Source: a virus
Lineage: Duplodnaviria > Caudoviricetes
Length of the DNA: 38,630 nt
IMG/VR virus record: IMGVR_UViG_3300032040_000027
Location: 1-38,630 of that record
Strand: one strand, 5' to 3'
The notes under the pieces were generated by a model. That model did no database searches and was not told where the DNA came from. It saw nothing but the letters and a program-made list of their open reading frames with translations. A program made the translations under genes and the position numbers. Shown one piece after another: positions 1 through 8,518 of the stretch; position 1 is the stretch's first letter, and every line of letters starts with the position of its first letter.

Positions 1-1
1 T

Positions 2-1546
2 ACCCTGCTCCAGCTGCACACGGGCGATCTCTTCCTTGATCTCAGTTTCTGTGAGGTTGTCGTCACGGACACGCTCACGCACACGCGCCTCAAGAGAGAT
101 CGCACGAGCCATGTCAAGAATCTGCAACGTGCGTGCCCGCTTCTCCGGGTCTTCCTGCGAAATCTTTGCGAACGTGACCTCAGGGATGCCAAACTCGCCG
201 CCACCCTTACCCGGGAACACCACACCATCGATGGCCAGCGAGAGGCGTGCGAGCTTTGCGAGAGCAGGTCGGGCGTGGATGCCCTTCACGTCTCGTGTGG
301 CCTCAGATTCGCTTCTGTCATCATTCACTTCGGTGGCGGTCTTGCTGCCGGACGGTTGAACCTTCCCGAATTCCTTCGGTGACAGTCCGATCGTGCGCAA
401 CACACGACGTTCGAGCGCATCAATAATGTTCAGGTGTGTTTCGTCACGGATGTCGAACTGAGTCTGTGTGATCTGTGACGCCAGAGAGTCGCCAGCAGAG
501 CCGAGCGCGTTGATGCCCGAATACACCTGGCGGTACACATCAAACGTGGCACCCTTACCCACACCGGAAGTCTCAAGGTATGACTCGGGGACGGTGAGGC
601 GACCCTGCCCGTTGTCAACATCACGGAACAGTGAAGACCACATCTGGTCGACCTTGTCGAAAACGGGTTCGTTGCCGAGGAAGTCGGAACGACCAACTGA
701 GGCGAGTGGCCCGAACTGTTCCCAATCCGGGTTCGGAAGCATGTTGGGAATGTACGAGACCGCCATCTCGGAAATACCTGTCGCAACACTGACCGTGTAC
801 TTACCATCAGTAGCAAGAGCCAGGTACTCCACAGGAGAGATCAGACTTGAAAGGTGTGCAGTCTCCGTGTGCTCAGTGATGGGCACAGCCTGACCGAGAA
901 CGTTCTCGCTACCTTTGTGGAGTGTGTACCGGATCAGACCAGCCGTGTGCTCCTCGATGAGGCGGAAGATGATGTTCGCGTTGTCGGTGCGGTACTCAGT
1001 CCACAACTTCACCGAAGCGAGGCGACCATGACGGAACGTGGGGATCGCAACATCAGCACGATACGCCTTAGGGAAGACATGGTCGGCAACGTCGGTGTCC
1101 CACACGGGGGCAAGGTAAGCACCACCGAGAGCGGATGCGTACTCGCCAGCAATCAGCAGCTGCGAGTGTGACTCGTCAGAACGCATAATCAGATCAAGGC
1201 GTGCCTGACCGGACTTGTTCTTCTCCTCGAAATCGGGAAGCTCAATGCGGGGCGCTTCACCAAACAGCAACGATGACGACTTCTGTGCAACATCAGCAGG
1301 CAACGGCAAATGCAGTTGGGTGCGGTTCTCACCCTCAGCAACAGGTTGCCCCCAGAACATCTTCGACAGGCCACCAATAACACCACCACGATGCGCAACA
1401 CCCTTATGCACATGGGTTGCAACACCGGTGCCGGAGTAGATCGCTTTGATGGTGGCCATATCGCCAGCCCACCAGGCGCGGTGTTCGTTGTAGCGTGCGC
1501 CCGCGATGTGGAAGGGGGAGGGTGGCCACTGGTCGGCGTTTGCCAT
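2..1546 (-). CDS. Portal protein (A118/SPP1 gp6-like), 3' end outside window
   Basis: Not in ORF track because it runs off the edge. ATG at 1546 with TAAGGAGG RBS; manual translation MANADQWPPSPFHIAGARYNEHRAWWAGD...LHLPLPADVAQKSSSLLFGEAP...GRSDFLG...KTATEV stays open to the window edge; directly follows TerL. Confidence 0.9.
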   Translation of the reverse strand, partial: MANADQWPPSPFHIAGARYNEHRAWWAGDMATIKAIYSGTGVATHVHKGVAHRGGVIGGLSKMFWGQPVAEGENRTQLHLPLPADVAQKSSSLLFGEAPRIELPDFEEKNKSGQARLDLIMRSDESHSQLLIAGEYASALGGAYLAPVWDTDVADHVFPKAYRADVAIPTFRHGRLASVKLWTEYRTDNANIIFRLIEEHTAGLIRYTLHKGSENVLGQAVPITEHTETAHLSSLISPVEYLALATDGKYTVSVATGISEMAVSYIPNMLPNPDWEQFGPLASVGRSDFLGNEPVFDKVDQMWSSLFRDVDNGQGRLTVPESYLETSGVGKGATFDVYRQVYSGINALGSAGDSLASQITQTQFDIRDETHLNIIDALERRVLRTIGLSPKEFGKVQPSGSKTATEVNDDRSESEATRDVKGIHARPALAKLARLSLAIDGVVFPGKGGGEFGIPEVTFAKISQEDPEKRARTLQILDMARAISLEARVRERVRDDNLTETEIKEEIARVQLEQG

Positions 1547-1555
1547 GAGGCCTCC

Positions 1556-2854
1556 TTAGGCTGCGAGCTTGACGTGTTGACGCCAGATGGATTCGGTTGT
1601 CTGCAGCGCATACCGGAGGGCATCCTGCGAGTGGTCGTTGGCCTTCACGGGCTTGTCGTCGCCCTTGTCGGTGGCCTTCTGGTCCCACACGTATTCGGTG
1701 ACTTCCTTCTGCCATCCCGGGCACCGCTCGGTGACGAGCAGCTTTCCAGCGGAGAGCAGCGACGCGACCGTGCGGATGCCGTTCAGAACGTCGTTGTCAG
1801 CCTGAGTGGAGATCAGCCCGTCCTGCTGGAGTTGCACCCGGAACGACGCCGCAGACGGGTCGAGGATGACGTACTGGGGTTGCAGCGGGAACTGTGTTGG
1901 AGGCAGGTGGGGCTCGGCCAACCAGTTGCGGAGGCGGAGTGAAAGTTCAGCGTCGGTGAGCTTCTGTTTCTCGGCGATGGACTCGTACCGCCACTCGTCG
2001 ACTGCATACAGCTTCGAGTGTTCCTTGCCGTACCGGTCGGTCTCGGTCGCGAGGCCCACGATGATGGCGGCGGTCGGATTCGTTGTGCCGTAGTCGATGC
2101 CAACTGCGAGGAGCATGCGCATCGGTGGCAGGTCGGCCCAGGCGATGGTGTGCTTGGCAGGGTCCCACATGTCGAAGATTGCGCCCTCGGCGTTGGTCCA
2201 CAGCCCGAGGATGAACCGATCATAGAAAGCACCGGTGAACGATGCCTTCATGTCAGTGACGTACTCGGCAGTCAGTGAGGGGTTGTCGTCCATGGTGAAG
2301 TGGAAGACGATCATGTTCTTCTGCTCGGCCTGCAGGATGAACTGCTGACGCAACCAGTGGTTGAACGATCCGGGGTTGGTGGTCGCGAGGAGTCGGGCGC
2401 CGTCGACGCGCAGGCGGGTGAGCAGCATCTCCCAGAAGCCGAGCGGCAGCAGTGTGGCCTCGTCAACGTAGGCGATCTCCACGGTCGCGCCGCGGATCTT
2501 CTCCTCCGAGCGGGCATCGTTCGCGCCAACCAGGTGGACTTCCTTGCCGAGGATCATGGCCGTGTTGGAACCGCGAGTGTGGAACACCTGTGTGGCCATG
2601 TCGCCGTAGAGTTCGTACCGTTGCATCGGCTCGATGATGTTGCGCTCGATGGTCTGCAGCGTCTTCCCGACGATGACGATCAGCCCGGTGCCCTTCGCAC
2701 GCTTCACGGCGATGAACAGGGCGAACAGGGACGCGATGGTCTTCCCGGCTGACACCGCACCAACCCACAGGGCGATCTTCTTCAACTTCGACCGTGCGAT
2801 CGAGCGCATCTGCTTCCGCGAGAGGCTCGGGGCCGGCTTAGTCTCCGTCATCAT
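1556..2854 (-). CDS. terL: Terminase large subunit (PBSX-family-like)
   Basis: Walker A GAVSAGKT, Walker B AYVDEA, motif III ATTNP, nuclease motifs GIDYG, DPSAASF and DHSQDALRY. Confidence 0.95.
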   Translation of the reverse strand: MMTETKPAPSLSRKQMRSIARSKLKKIALWVGAVSAGKTIASLFALFIAVKRAKGTGLIVIVGKTLQTIERNIIEPMQRYELYGDMATQVFHTRGSNTAMILGKEVHLVGANDARSEEKIRGATVEIAYVDEATLLPLGFWEMLLTRLRVDGARLLATTNPGSFNHWLRQQFILQAEQKNMIVFHFTMDDNPSLTAEYVTDMKASFTGAFYDRFILGLWTNAEGAIFDMWDPAKHTIAWADLPPMRMLLAVGIDYGTTNPTAAIIVGLATETDRYGKEHSKLYAVDEWRYESIAEKQKLTDAELSLRLRNWLAEPHLPPTQFPLQPQYVILDPSAASFRVQLQQDGLISTQADNDVLNGIRTVASLLSAGKLLVTERCPGWQKEVTEYVWDQKATDKGDDKPVKANDHSQDALRYALQTTESIWRQHVKLAA

Positions 2855-3332
2855 CTGGCTGTGCGTCGAAGAACTGCTCAAGGTGATCGACCAGCGACTC
2901 GGCGCGGCCGATACCCTCGTTCGTCTTCTCCAGCACCTTGGTGGCCTTGTCGAACGCGATTCCCGCGCTTGTCAGCGCCTGCCGTCTAACGTCGGGCGGC
3001 GGCCGGTCGAAGGTGTGCTCGGCGAACGTGTTGTCCTTGCCCCCGAAGTTGTACACCGTGAACGAATCGTCGAGTTCAGCGAGTCCCTCGCGCGCCACGA
3101 CCATCATCTCCCTGGTTAGCGCTAGGCGGTCCTTCGCGAGGTCGATGGTGTGCGCACGAACAGCGAGAGCAGTCGGTGCGCGGTCGAACTCGACGCCCTC
3201 GGCGGCAGCCCAACGTGTAACAGTGGCCGGATCGAGATCGAGCGTTCGGGCAATGGCGTTGCGGCTGACACCAAGATCGAAGAGTTCCCGGGCCTTAGCG
3301 CGCGTTTCTGGGTTCATTGGTGAACGGGCCAT
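2838..3332 (-). CDS. terS: Terminase small subunit (N-terminal HTH)
   Basis: HTH SRNAIARTLDLDPATVTRWA; GAGGTG RBS; overlaps TerL start. Confidence 0.8.
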   Translation of the reverse strand: MARSPMNPETRAKARELFDLGVSRNAIARTLDLDPATVTRWAAAEGVEFDRAPTALAVRAHTIDLAKDRLALTREMMVVAREGLAELDDSFTVYNFGGKDNTFAEHTFDRPPPDVRRQALTSAGIAFDKATKVLEKTNEGIGRAESLVDHLEQFFDAQPDDDGD

Positions 3333-3398
3333 GAAGATCACCTCTTGGCCAGTCCTGCTGGCTCTGTGGGTTGAGGCGTGGCCTCTACGTGTTGGGGG

Positions 3399-3602
3399 TT
3401 AGCAACGGTTGCACGGGCATCCCGCTACTCCGAAGCCGCCTGTGGGTTTTTCGGGGTGGCGGTCGTCGTAAGTTTCAGTGCAGCCGCATCCTTCGGGGCA
3501 CGGTCTTTGCTTCGAGTGGACTGTGATGCCTGCGACAAGTGCTTTGTGGGCTGCGCGTTGTTCGGCGGTGGCTTCTGGGTATATCTGGTCGAACAGGCTC
3601 AC
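3399..3602 (-). CDS. Small Cys-rich hypothetical protein
   Basis: 67 aa, AAGGAG RBS, CPEGCGC and CPCNRC motifs. Confidence 0.65.
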   Translation of the reverse strand: MSLFDQIYPEATAEQRAAHKALVAGITVHSKQRPCPEGCGCTETYDDRHPEKPTGGFGVAGCPCNRC

Positions 3603-3625
3603 GGGCTCAGTTCTCCTTGACGGGG

Positions 3626-3734
3626 TTCGGCAGGCTTTCGCAGGTACACCTCACCCGGGAAAGGTAACGGGTGGTGCTCGTGGCTGGTGTCCTTCGCCTG
3701 TGATTCCATTCAGCGTTGACGTTGGCCTGCCGAA
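3626..3734. ncRNA. Candidate structured RNA in late leader
   Basis: 10-bp terminal inverted repeat TTCGGCAGGC/GCCTGCCGAA enclosing nested stems TCGCAGG/CCTGTGA, ACACC/GGTGT and CACCCG/CGGGTG in an intergenic region. Confidence 0.45.
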
Positions 3735-3882
3735 GTGAGTGATCCCGGCCCGACTTGCACGGGCGGCAACCAGACCGGAGAGCGACTCACGGGGATAGGG
3801 GGAAGGGTGTTCCGAACTCATCGACGGATGTGCCACTCTTGGCGGCTATTGGGGTGCCCGTGTGGTCGGAAGTGGTTGCACG

Positions 3883-3910
3883 AAAAAAGCCCCCAACCGA
3901 AGTCGAGGGC
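3883..3910 (-). terminator. Intrinsic terminator with C(UUCG)G tetraloop
   Basis: Minus strand GCCCTCGAC-TTCG-GTTGGGGGC-TTTTTT. Confidence 0.8.
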
Positions 3911-3966
3911 CCTTTCATGAAGTTCGTGCTGCACCTGTTTTTTACAGACTAGTGCAGTGCCCTCCC

Positions 3967-3975
3967 ATTATGGCA
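3967..3975 (-). promoter_or_regulatory. Putative late promoter, extended -10 (TGC-CATAAT)
   Basis: TGnCATAAT about 55 nt upstream of the UUCG terminator and upstream of the terminase operon. Confidence 0.5.
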
Positions 3976-4007
3976 CGAATCGGGATGGGTCAGTGCAATT
4001 CGGCGCT

Positions 4008-4469
4008 TCAGCGTGTCGTCTTGCGGCGTGCGGCGTTACGTCTGTTGGTGCACGTAATGCAGTAGCGATGACTCCGACCCTTCTTGTCTTTCCATATCCG
4101 GGTGTTGCTCTCCGAGTATTCATGTCCTTGAGGGCATTTCCGGAGTAGTGCCGTCAAGCTTCGCTTGCTATTCGAAACCATATCGGTGAGCACCATGTGC
4201 TCGGTATTGATGCATGCCGGGTTGTGGCACATATGGTCAATTACCTGACCGGACGGGATGGGGCCGACTCGCACCCAGTAGGACAATCGATGCGCGTAGA
4301 CAGCCGTCTTGTCGATGGTCATCGTGCCGTAGCCCCGCTCGGAGCGCGAGCCGCCCCAATCAATGCAACCGCCATCCCGAAGGATAGACCTACGCTCCAA
4401 GCGTCGCCTAACCTCCGGGTGGGAACTCGCCTTGACGTACTTGCCGTCGTTGGTGTTTGCGGTTGTCAT
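4008..4469 (-). CDS. Free-standing HNH endonuclease with C-terminal Zn-binding domain
   Basis: CIDWGG..GYG..AHRLSY..IDHMCHNPACINTEH, then CPQGHEYSESNT..CITC; TGGTATTAT 6 nt before ATG suggests a leaderless mRNA. Confidence 0.9.
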   Translation of the reverse strand: MTTANTNDGKYVKASSHPEVRRRLERRSILRDGGCIDWGGSRSERGYGTMTIDKTAVYAHRLSYWVRVGPIPSGQVIDHMCHNPACINTEHMVLTDMVSNSKRSLTALLRKCPQGHEYSESNTRIWKDKKGRSHRYCITCTNRRNAARRKTTR

Positions 4470-4488
4470 GCGCTCATAATACCATGAA

Positions 4489-5208
4489 TTACCCGTGTAG
4501 TTCGTCGGCGTGTCCCGGTTCTGGGGTTTCGTCAATCTTGGGGTTGTCGAGTTCCCACGCAAACCCTCGGACGCCGGCCGATCCGGTAGCTCTCCATGCG
4601 CAGCATCCGCATTCGACGGCGCTCTGTTCGAGTCCTCCCTGTCCGTCTGGGCGGTAGGTGGCGGTGAGGGTGACGCGTTTCTCTGTGTCGTACCATCGAC
4701 CGCCTTTGCCTGTGAGTCCGGAGTTTAGGACTTTCACGAACCAGCCGAATCCGCATTCTGGGCAGGGGTATGGCTGTTTGGTGTTGGGGTTGATGAGCTC
4801 GAGGATGATGGGGGCAGTGATCTTTGCTTCGATACGTGTCTCCCATGCTCCCCACATGTCAGACCACCGGTCAATGTCGGTTTCGCCGGCGGTGACCATG
4901 AACGCCGTGTACCAGGTGCGAAGGTTTTGCTCTGGTGTGAGGTGCGGCACCTTGTCTGAGGTTTTCCGGAGCTCGGTGAGGATGAGCGCTTCGAGGGTGT
5001 CGTATTGCTCGAGGGCGTCGGTGTCGAATGGAACTTTGGAGTTTGACGCGGCAAGGCCATTGCCTCCGGTGAGGCTGGATGCGATGGCGTCTCTGAGGAG
5101 TTTGATGAGGGGGTCGCGTCTTACCCAGCGTGGGCGTCCTTCGATGTTGGCCCGGTAGGGGTGCTCGATGGTGAGTCGGTCTATGACGTCGAGCAGGGTG
5201 TCGGTCAT
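4489..5208 (-). CDS. Conserved actinophage protein with CxxC motifs; possible late-gene regulator
   Basis: GGAGA RBS, ATGA overlap, CPECG and CGCC motifs; last gene of the early operon before the late promoter (function inferred from position only). Confidence 0.6.
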   Translation of the reverse strand: MTDTLLDVIDRLTIEHPYRANIEGRPRWVRRDPLIKLLRDAIASSLTGGNGLAASNSKVPFDTDALEQYDTLEALILTELRKTSDKVPHLTPEQNLRTWYTAFMVTAGETDIDRWSDMWGAWETRIEAKITAPIILELINPNTKQPYPCPECGFGWFVKVLNSGLTGKGGRWYDTEKRVTLTATYRPDGQGGLEQSAVECGCCAWRATGSAGVRGFAWELDNPKIDETPEPGHADELHG

Positions 5209-5417
5209 GGTGTCTCCTGTTCGTTCTGCAGGTTGGTGATGCGTTGTTCCCATGTGGTGCGGCCGGTTCTGAGTCCGTCGATCCTTGCGGTGAGGTCTTG
5301 GCCGCGTTCGGTGCGGCGTTGTTCTCGGTTCATGTTTTCGAATTCTTCGATTTGGGCGATGAACTGGGCGAGGATGTAGCGGGCGGTGGAGAGTTGGTTT
5401 TCGATAGGGAGGCTCAT
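5205..5417 (-). CDS. Hypothetical coiled-coil protein
   Basis: 70 aa, 4-bp overlaps at both ends. Confidence 0.75.
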   Translation of the reverse strand: MSLPIENQLSTARYILAQFIAQIEEFENMNREQRRTERGQDLTARIDGLRTGRTTWEQRITNLQNEQETP

Positions 5418-5911
5418 GGTGTGCCTTTCGTGTCAGTGGTGGACTCCGGGATGGGGTGCGCCTCTGGCGGATACGGGCAGCGATACCGGGCAAGCATCAC
5501 TTGACACGTTTCGCTGAACTTCCCGGGCTGGAACTTATGGTCAAGAAATGCGGCGGGTTGCTCCGGTGTGCTCGACTTCTGAACCTCAAGCCACCAGTCG
5601 TCCTCCCACTCGACACGAACCGGATACGTCCCGAGAGTCAGACCCTCAAACGTTTCGTTGGTACCAACCTGCTCGAACACGTAACGCAGAGCACACTGGT
5701 CAGACTCCACCAACCAGTCACCGTCGCAGTAACTGTGTTCTTTTCCGTGTCTCACGCGCTCGTCGCCATAATCCGGATTCAACGCTTGGCACGCCTTGCG
5801 CTTGCAGGGCATAAACACCGCGCAGTCGCCGCCGTGGTTGCCACCGAACTCGAACTCGTAGTCGTCGTTCTGCTCGTCCGGTAGGCGTGTGATTGTGACT
5901 GTGTGGCTCAT
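5414..5911 (-). CDS. Hypothetical protein
   Basis: 165 aa, coupled overlaps, Cys/His rich. Confidence 0.75.
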   Translation of the reverse strand: MSHTVTITRLPDEQNDDYEFEFGGNHGGDCAVFMPCKRKACQALNPDYGDERVRHGKEHSYCDGDWLVESDQCALRYVFEQVGTNETFEGLTLGTYPVRVEWEDDWWLEVQKSSTPEQPAAFLDHKFQPGKFSETCQVMLARYRCPYPPEAHPIPESTTDTKGTP

Positions 5912-6120
5912 GACTTCTCTCCTTCAGGTTGTTCGGGGGTGCGCAGCGATTCTTCCCGCCATGCTGCGAGCCTCGGCTTGTGCTTCGTCAGGTAGTCGAG
6001 CGCGGCTTCCGGTGGCCGCAGTGACCCGACCCGATACGCGAGCAGCAGCTTGTCCTGAGCGTCAACGATCTTCACCGCAACGCTCAGCGCCTCCATCGGA
6101 GACTTGATCGGCCTACTCAT
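5908..6120 (-). CDS. Hypothetical protein
   Basis: 70 aa, ATGA overlaps. Confidence 0.75.
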   Translation of the reverse strand: MSRPIKSPMEALSVAVKIVDAQDKLLLAYRVGSLRPPEAALDYLTKHKPRLAAWREESLRTPEQPEGEKS

Positions 6121-6845
6121 TGGTCACCACCCCCCGTGCGGATACCCAACCCGTCCAAAACCGCACGAGTACCCGGAATAACCTCCGGGACAGGAACAGC
6201 AGGGGGTGGGGTCAGAGCAGCAGACAGGGCTCGGAGTGCGTCGCCGGTGTACGCCTCCCAGTTGGAGTGTTCCAGCGAGTGATCGTCATCGTCACAGTCG
6301 TCGTGGTTCCAGTCGCTTGCAGCGTTCGCCATGTGCTTCGCTAATATTTTGACGCTGGCTTCTGTGACCTCTACCTGTACCGGCTGAGAGCGAGTCCACC
6401 CAGCAGCGAGAATCGCGTCAGCAAGAAACCGCTCGAACGACGGAACAACTGAGCCGGGAGGTTTCCCAATCGCGCTCATGTCGTCGTAACGACCCTCAGC
6501 CTCCTCGATCACACCCTCCAGCGCTTCCGGGTCGGTGTCGGATGGTTCCGGGTCGCAGATGCATTCGAGGTCGTTCGGATCTGACCACGCGACACAGATC
6601 GCCGAGTGCTTGCGGTCGGTGTCGGATGGTGCAGCCTCAGGAATGTCAGAGCATTCGTGAGAATCGGCCATTTTCTGCAGTTCGGAGACTGGGGAACCCC
6701 ACCCTCCCTCTGATGAACAACGACCACATGACCACATTCTGTGAGAGCAGCCAGTCCGGCACAAACCAGCAGAGCAATCGGTGTCAAGACCTCGGAACAC
6801 AACACGCACGGTCGATGCAGACTCAGGCTTGTATTCGTTACTCAC
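6117..6845 (-). CDS. Mosaic hypothetical protein
   Basis: GTGA overlap start at 6845 with GGAGG RBS; internal PSDTD repeat. Confidence 0.7.
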   Translation of the reverse strand: MSNEYKPESASTVRVVFRGLDTDCSAGLCRTGCSHRMWSCGRCSSEGGWGSPVSELQKMADSHECSDIPEAAPSDTDRKHSAICVAWSDPNDLECICDPEPSDTDPEALEGVIEEAEGRYDDMSAIGKPPGSVVPSFERFLADAILAAGWTRSQPVQVEVTEASVKILAKHMANAASDWNHDDCDDDDHSLEHSNWEAYTGDALRALSAALTPPPAVPVPEVIPGTRAVLDGLGIRTGGGDQ

Positions 6846-7306
6846 GAGGACACCTCCCATTCGGTCACAGTGCGACTGACAATCTCGATACTCGGATGTC
6901 CGCGACGCTGGTTCCACCTCACGTTCTGTTCTGGGCCAACGAAATGCGGTTTGGGGAAACTAAGCGCGTCCGGGTTGGACAGTCCCCACTCCACTTCACC
7001 TGTTGCCGGGATAGGCAGAGCAGCGGTCGGTGCGGTGACAGCAGCAGCAGCTTCCAGCTCGGCGATTCGTTTACGTGCCCTCACCAACTCCGCCCAATAC
7101 TTCGCAGCCATGTGTGGAGACTCATCAAATGGATTAGGTGCGGTGACAGACTCCAAAGCATCCGCCGCAGCAGTAAGAAGAATCTCGGTTTCGTTCTTGC
7201 CTCCATCGCGGACACGTGTGTACATTCGAGCTTTCCGGCGCAGTGCCGCAATCAGGTCGGGGATGGAAACCTCAGGCTTGTCTCGGTCAATCTGTGAGTT
7301 GTTCAT
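6842..7306 (-). CDS. Hypothetical protein
   Basis: 154 aa, GAGG RBS, internal VTAP repeat. Confidence 0.7.
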   Translation of the reverse strand: MNNSQIDRDKPEVSIPDLIAALRRKARMYTRVRDGGKNETEILLTAAADALESVTAPNPFDESPHMAAKYWAELVRARKRIAELEAAAAVTAPTAALPIPATGEVEWGLSNPDALSFPKPHFVGPEQNVRWNQRRGHPSIEIVSRTVTEWEVSS

Positions 7307-7466
7307 CAGTGTTCCTCTCAGGTGGCATCAACTCGTGGGTATGGCAGTAGCAGCCCGCATCAAGGCATCCGTACTGCTTCGTGTGGCAGAACTCGCACCG
7401 TTTACATTCGGTATCGCGTCCCCTGAAATTTCCGTGCACCCGATCGGTGCCATTTAGGAGCGCCAT
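7287..7466 (-). CDS. Small Cys/His-rich protein (59 aa, below ORF-track cutoff)
   Basis: GGAGG RBS; MALLNGTDRVHGNFRGRDTECKRCEFCHTKQYGCLDAGCYCHTHELMPPERNTDEQLTD; fills the gap between neighbouring genes. Confidence 0.65.
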   Translation of the reverse strand: MALLNGTDRVHGNFRGRDTECKRCEFCHTKQYGCLDAGCYCHTHELMPPERNTDEQLTD

Positions 7467-7837
7467 GGTGCCTCCTTGAATCGCAGAGTTGGCGCTTCGT
7501 CTTCCTCGTACAGCGAGTAGCCGATGAACTCTCCATCGCCCATCCGCACATGCGGGTCAACCCAGTCGAAAAACTTCTCGATCTCGTTGTCATAGTTCTT
7601 CAGATTTGCTCTGAACGAGACGCTCCAAGCCTTCGCGATGTCGTCGTACTCGACTACGAAATGATTAGCCTGCGGAAAGTAGTAGCTCGAACAACTGGTG
7701 ACCATTGTGAATCTCGGCGCACGGAAGAACTCGTGGTCGGGCCAATCCCAGACATCCTCACGCCCTAGCTTCTTGATGATCTGGGCGGCTTCTTCGTCAA
7801 CCTCGGCCCGGAAGAATATTTCCGTATACATGCCCAT
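7454..7837 (-). CDS. Conserved phage hypothetical protein (MGMYTE... type)
   Basis: MGMYTE..SSYYF..NLKNYDNEIEKFFDW..FIGYSLYEE pattern recalled from many phages; function unknown. Confidence 0.8.
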   Translation of the reverse strand: MGMYTEIFFRAEVDEEAAQIIKKLGREDVWDWPDHEFFRAPRFTMVTSCSSYYFPQANHFVVEYDDIAKAWSVSFRANLKNYDNEIEKFFDWVDPHVRMGDGEFIGYSLYEEDEAPTLRFKEAPWRS

Positions 7838-7838
7838 C

Positions 7839-8279
7839 TCAGAACGGTGTTTCATCGTTGTAGCTACCGGGAGTGTTCCACACGTCCCCTGAGGTCTCAG
7901 GACTTGCCGGGGCAGTCGTAGCCCACGGTTCCTCGTTCGGAGCGCCTACGGTGCCCTGAGAGCCGCTACGACCCTCCGCAGCCTCCACACGGTCAGCCCA
8001 CACCACAAGGTCGTAGAATTTCTTGCCCTCATGCTCGCGAGTCTCCGTGACCTCACGACCCCACACCTGAACCCGATCACCCTTACGAAACATCGTCAGG
8101 TCAATCCCAGCCGACCGCGGAACCTTGATCGTGCGAAACGTGCGACCAACCGTCTCGTACTTGCCGTCATCGTTCTTGCGACTGTGAGGCTCGGCTGTCT
8201 TCATGCCCCAGCTCGGGTGCTCGTCGGTGTTCTTCGTCCACGCTTCAACGAACGCGGACTCGATTTCAATTTTGGCCAT
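7839..8279 (-). CDS. ssb: Single-stranded DNA-binding protein
   Basis: OB-fold-like KGDRVQVWGRE; flexible tail ending in acidic NDETPF. Confidence 0.85.
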   Translation of the reverse strand: MAKIEIESAFVEAWTKNTDEHPSWGMKTAEPHSRKNDDGKYETVGRTFRTIKVPRSAGIDLTMFRKGDRVQVWGREVTETREHEGKKFYDLVVWADRVEAAEGRSGSQGTVGAPNEEPWATTAPASPETSGDVWNTPGSYNDETPF

Positions 8280-8281
8280 GA

Positions 8282-8518
8282 CTAACTTGCTCTTTTCTGG
8301 GCTTCAATAACCCGTTGTGCTGTCTCAATTTCTTGCCGCGTGAACATCCGCTCCACCGCGACCTGGTTCTCAACCTGTGCTTTCTGCCGCAAAAACTGTT
8401 GACGTTTGCGTTCCGTTTTTGAGAACGTCCGCTCCCGATCACGAAGAACCTTTGACCGGGTGAGCGTCGCCAACCATGCGGTGAACGCATGGTCGGATGC
8501 GGTCTCGATATAGGTCAT
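8282..8518 (-). CDS. Hypothetical protein
   Basis: 78 aa, coupled overlap. Confidence 0.7.
   Translation of the reverse strand: MTYIETASDHAFTAWLATLTRSKVLRDRERTFSKTERKRQQFLRQKAQVENQVAVERMFTRQEIETAQRVIEAQKRAS

Noticed and set aside
3626-3734. Hammerhead or twister ribozyme
   Set aside because: CTGAATGG and GAAA resemble the hammerhead core, but CUGANGA, the U-H cleavage site and stem I are not satisfied; twister consensus residues are absent
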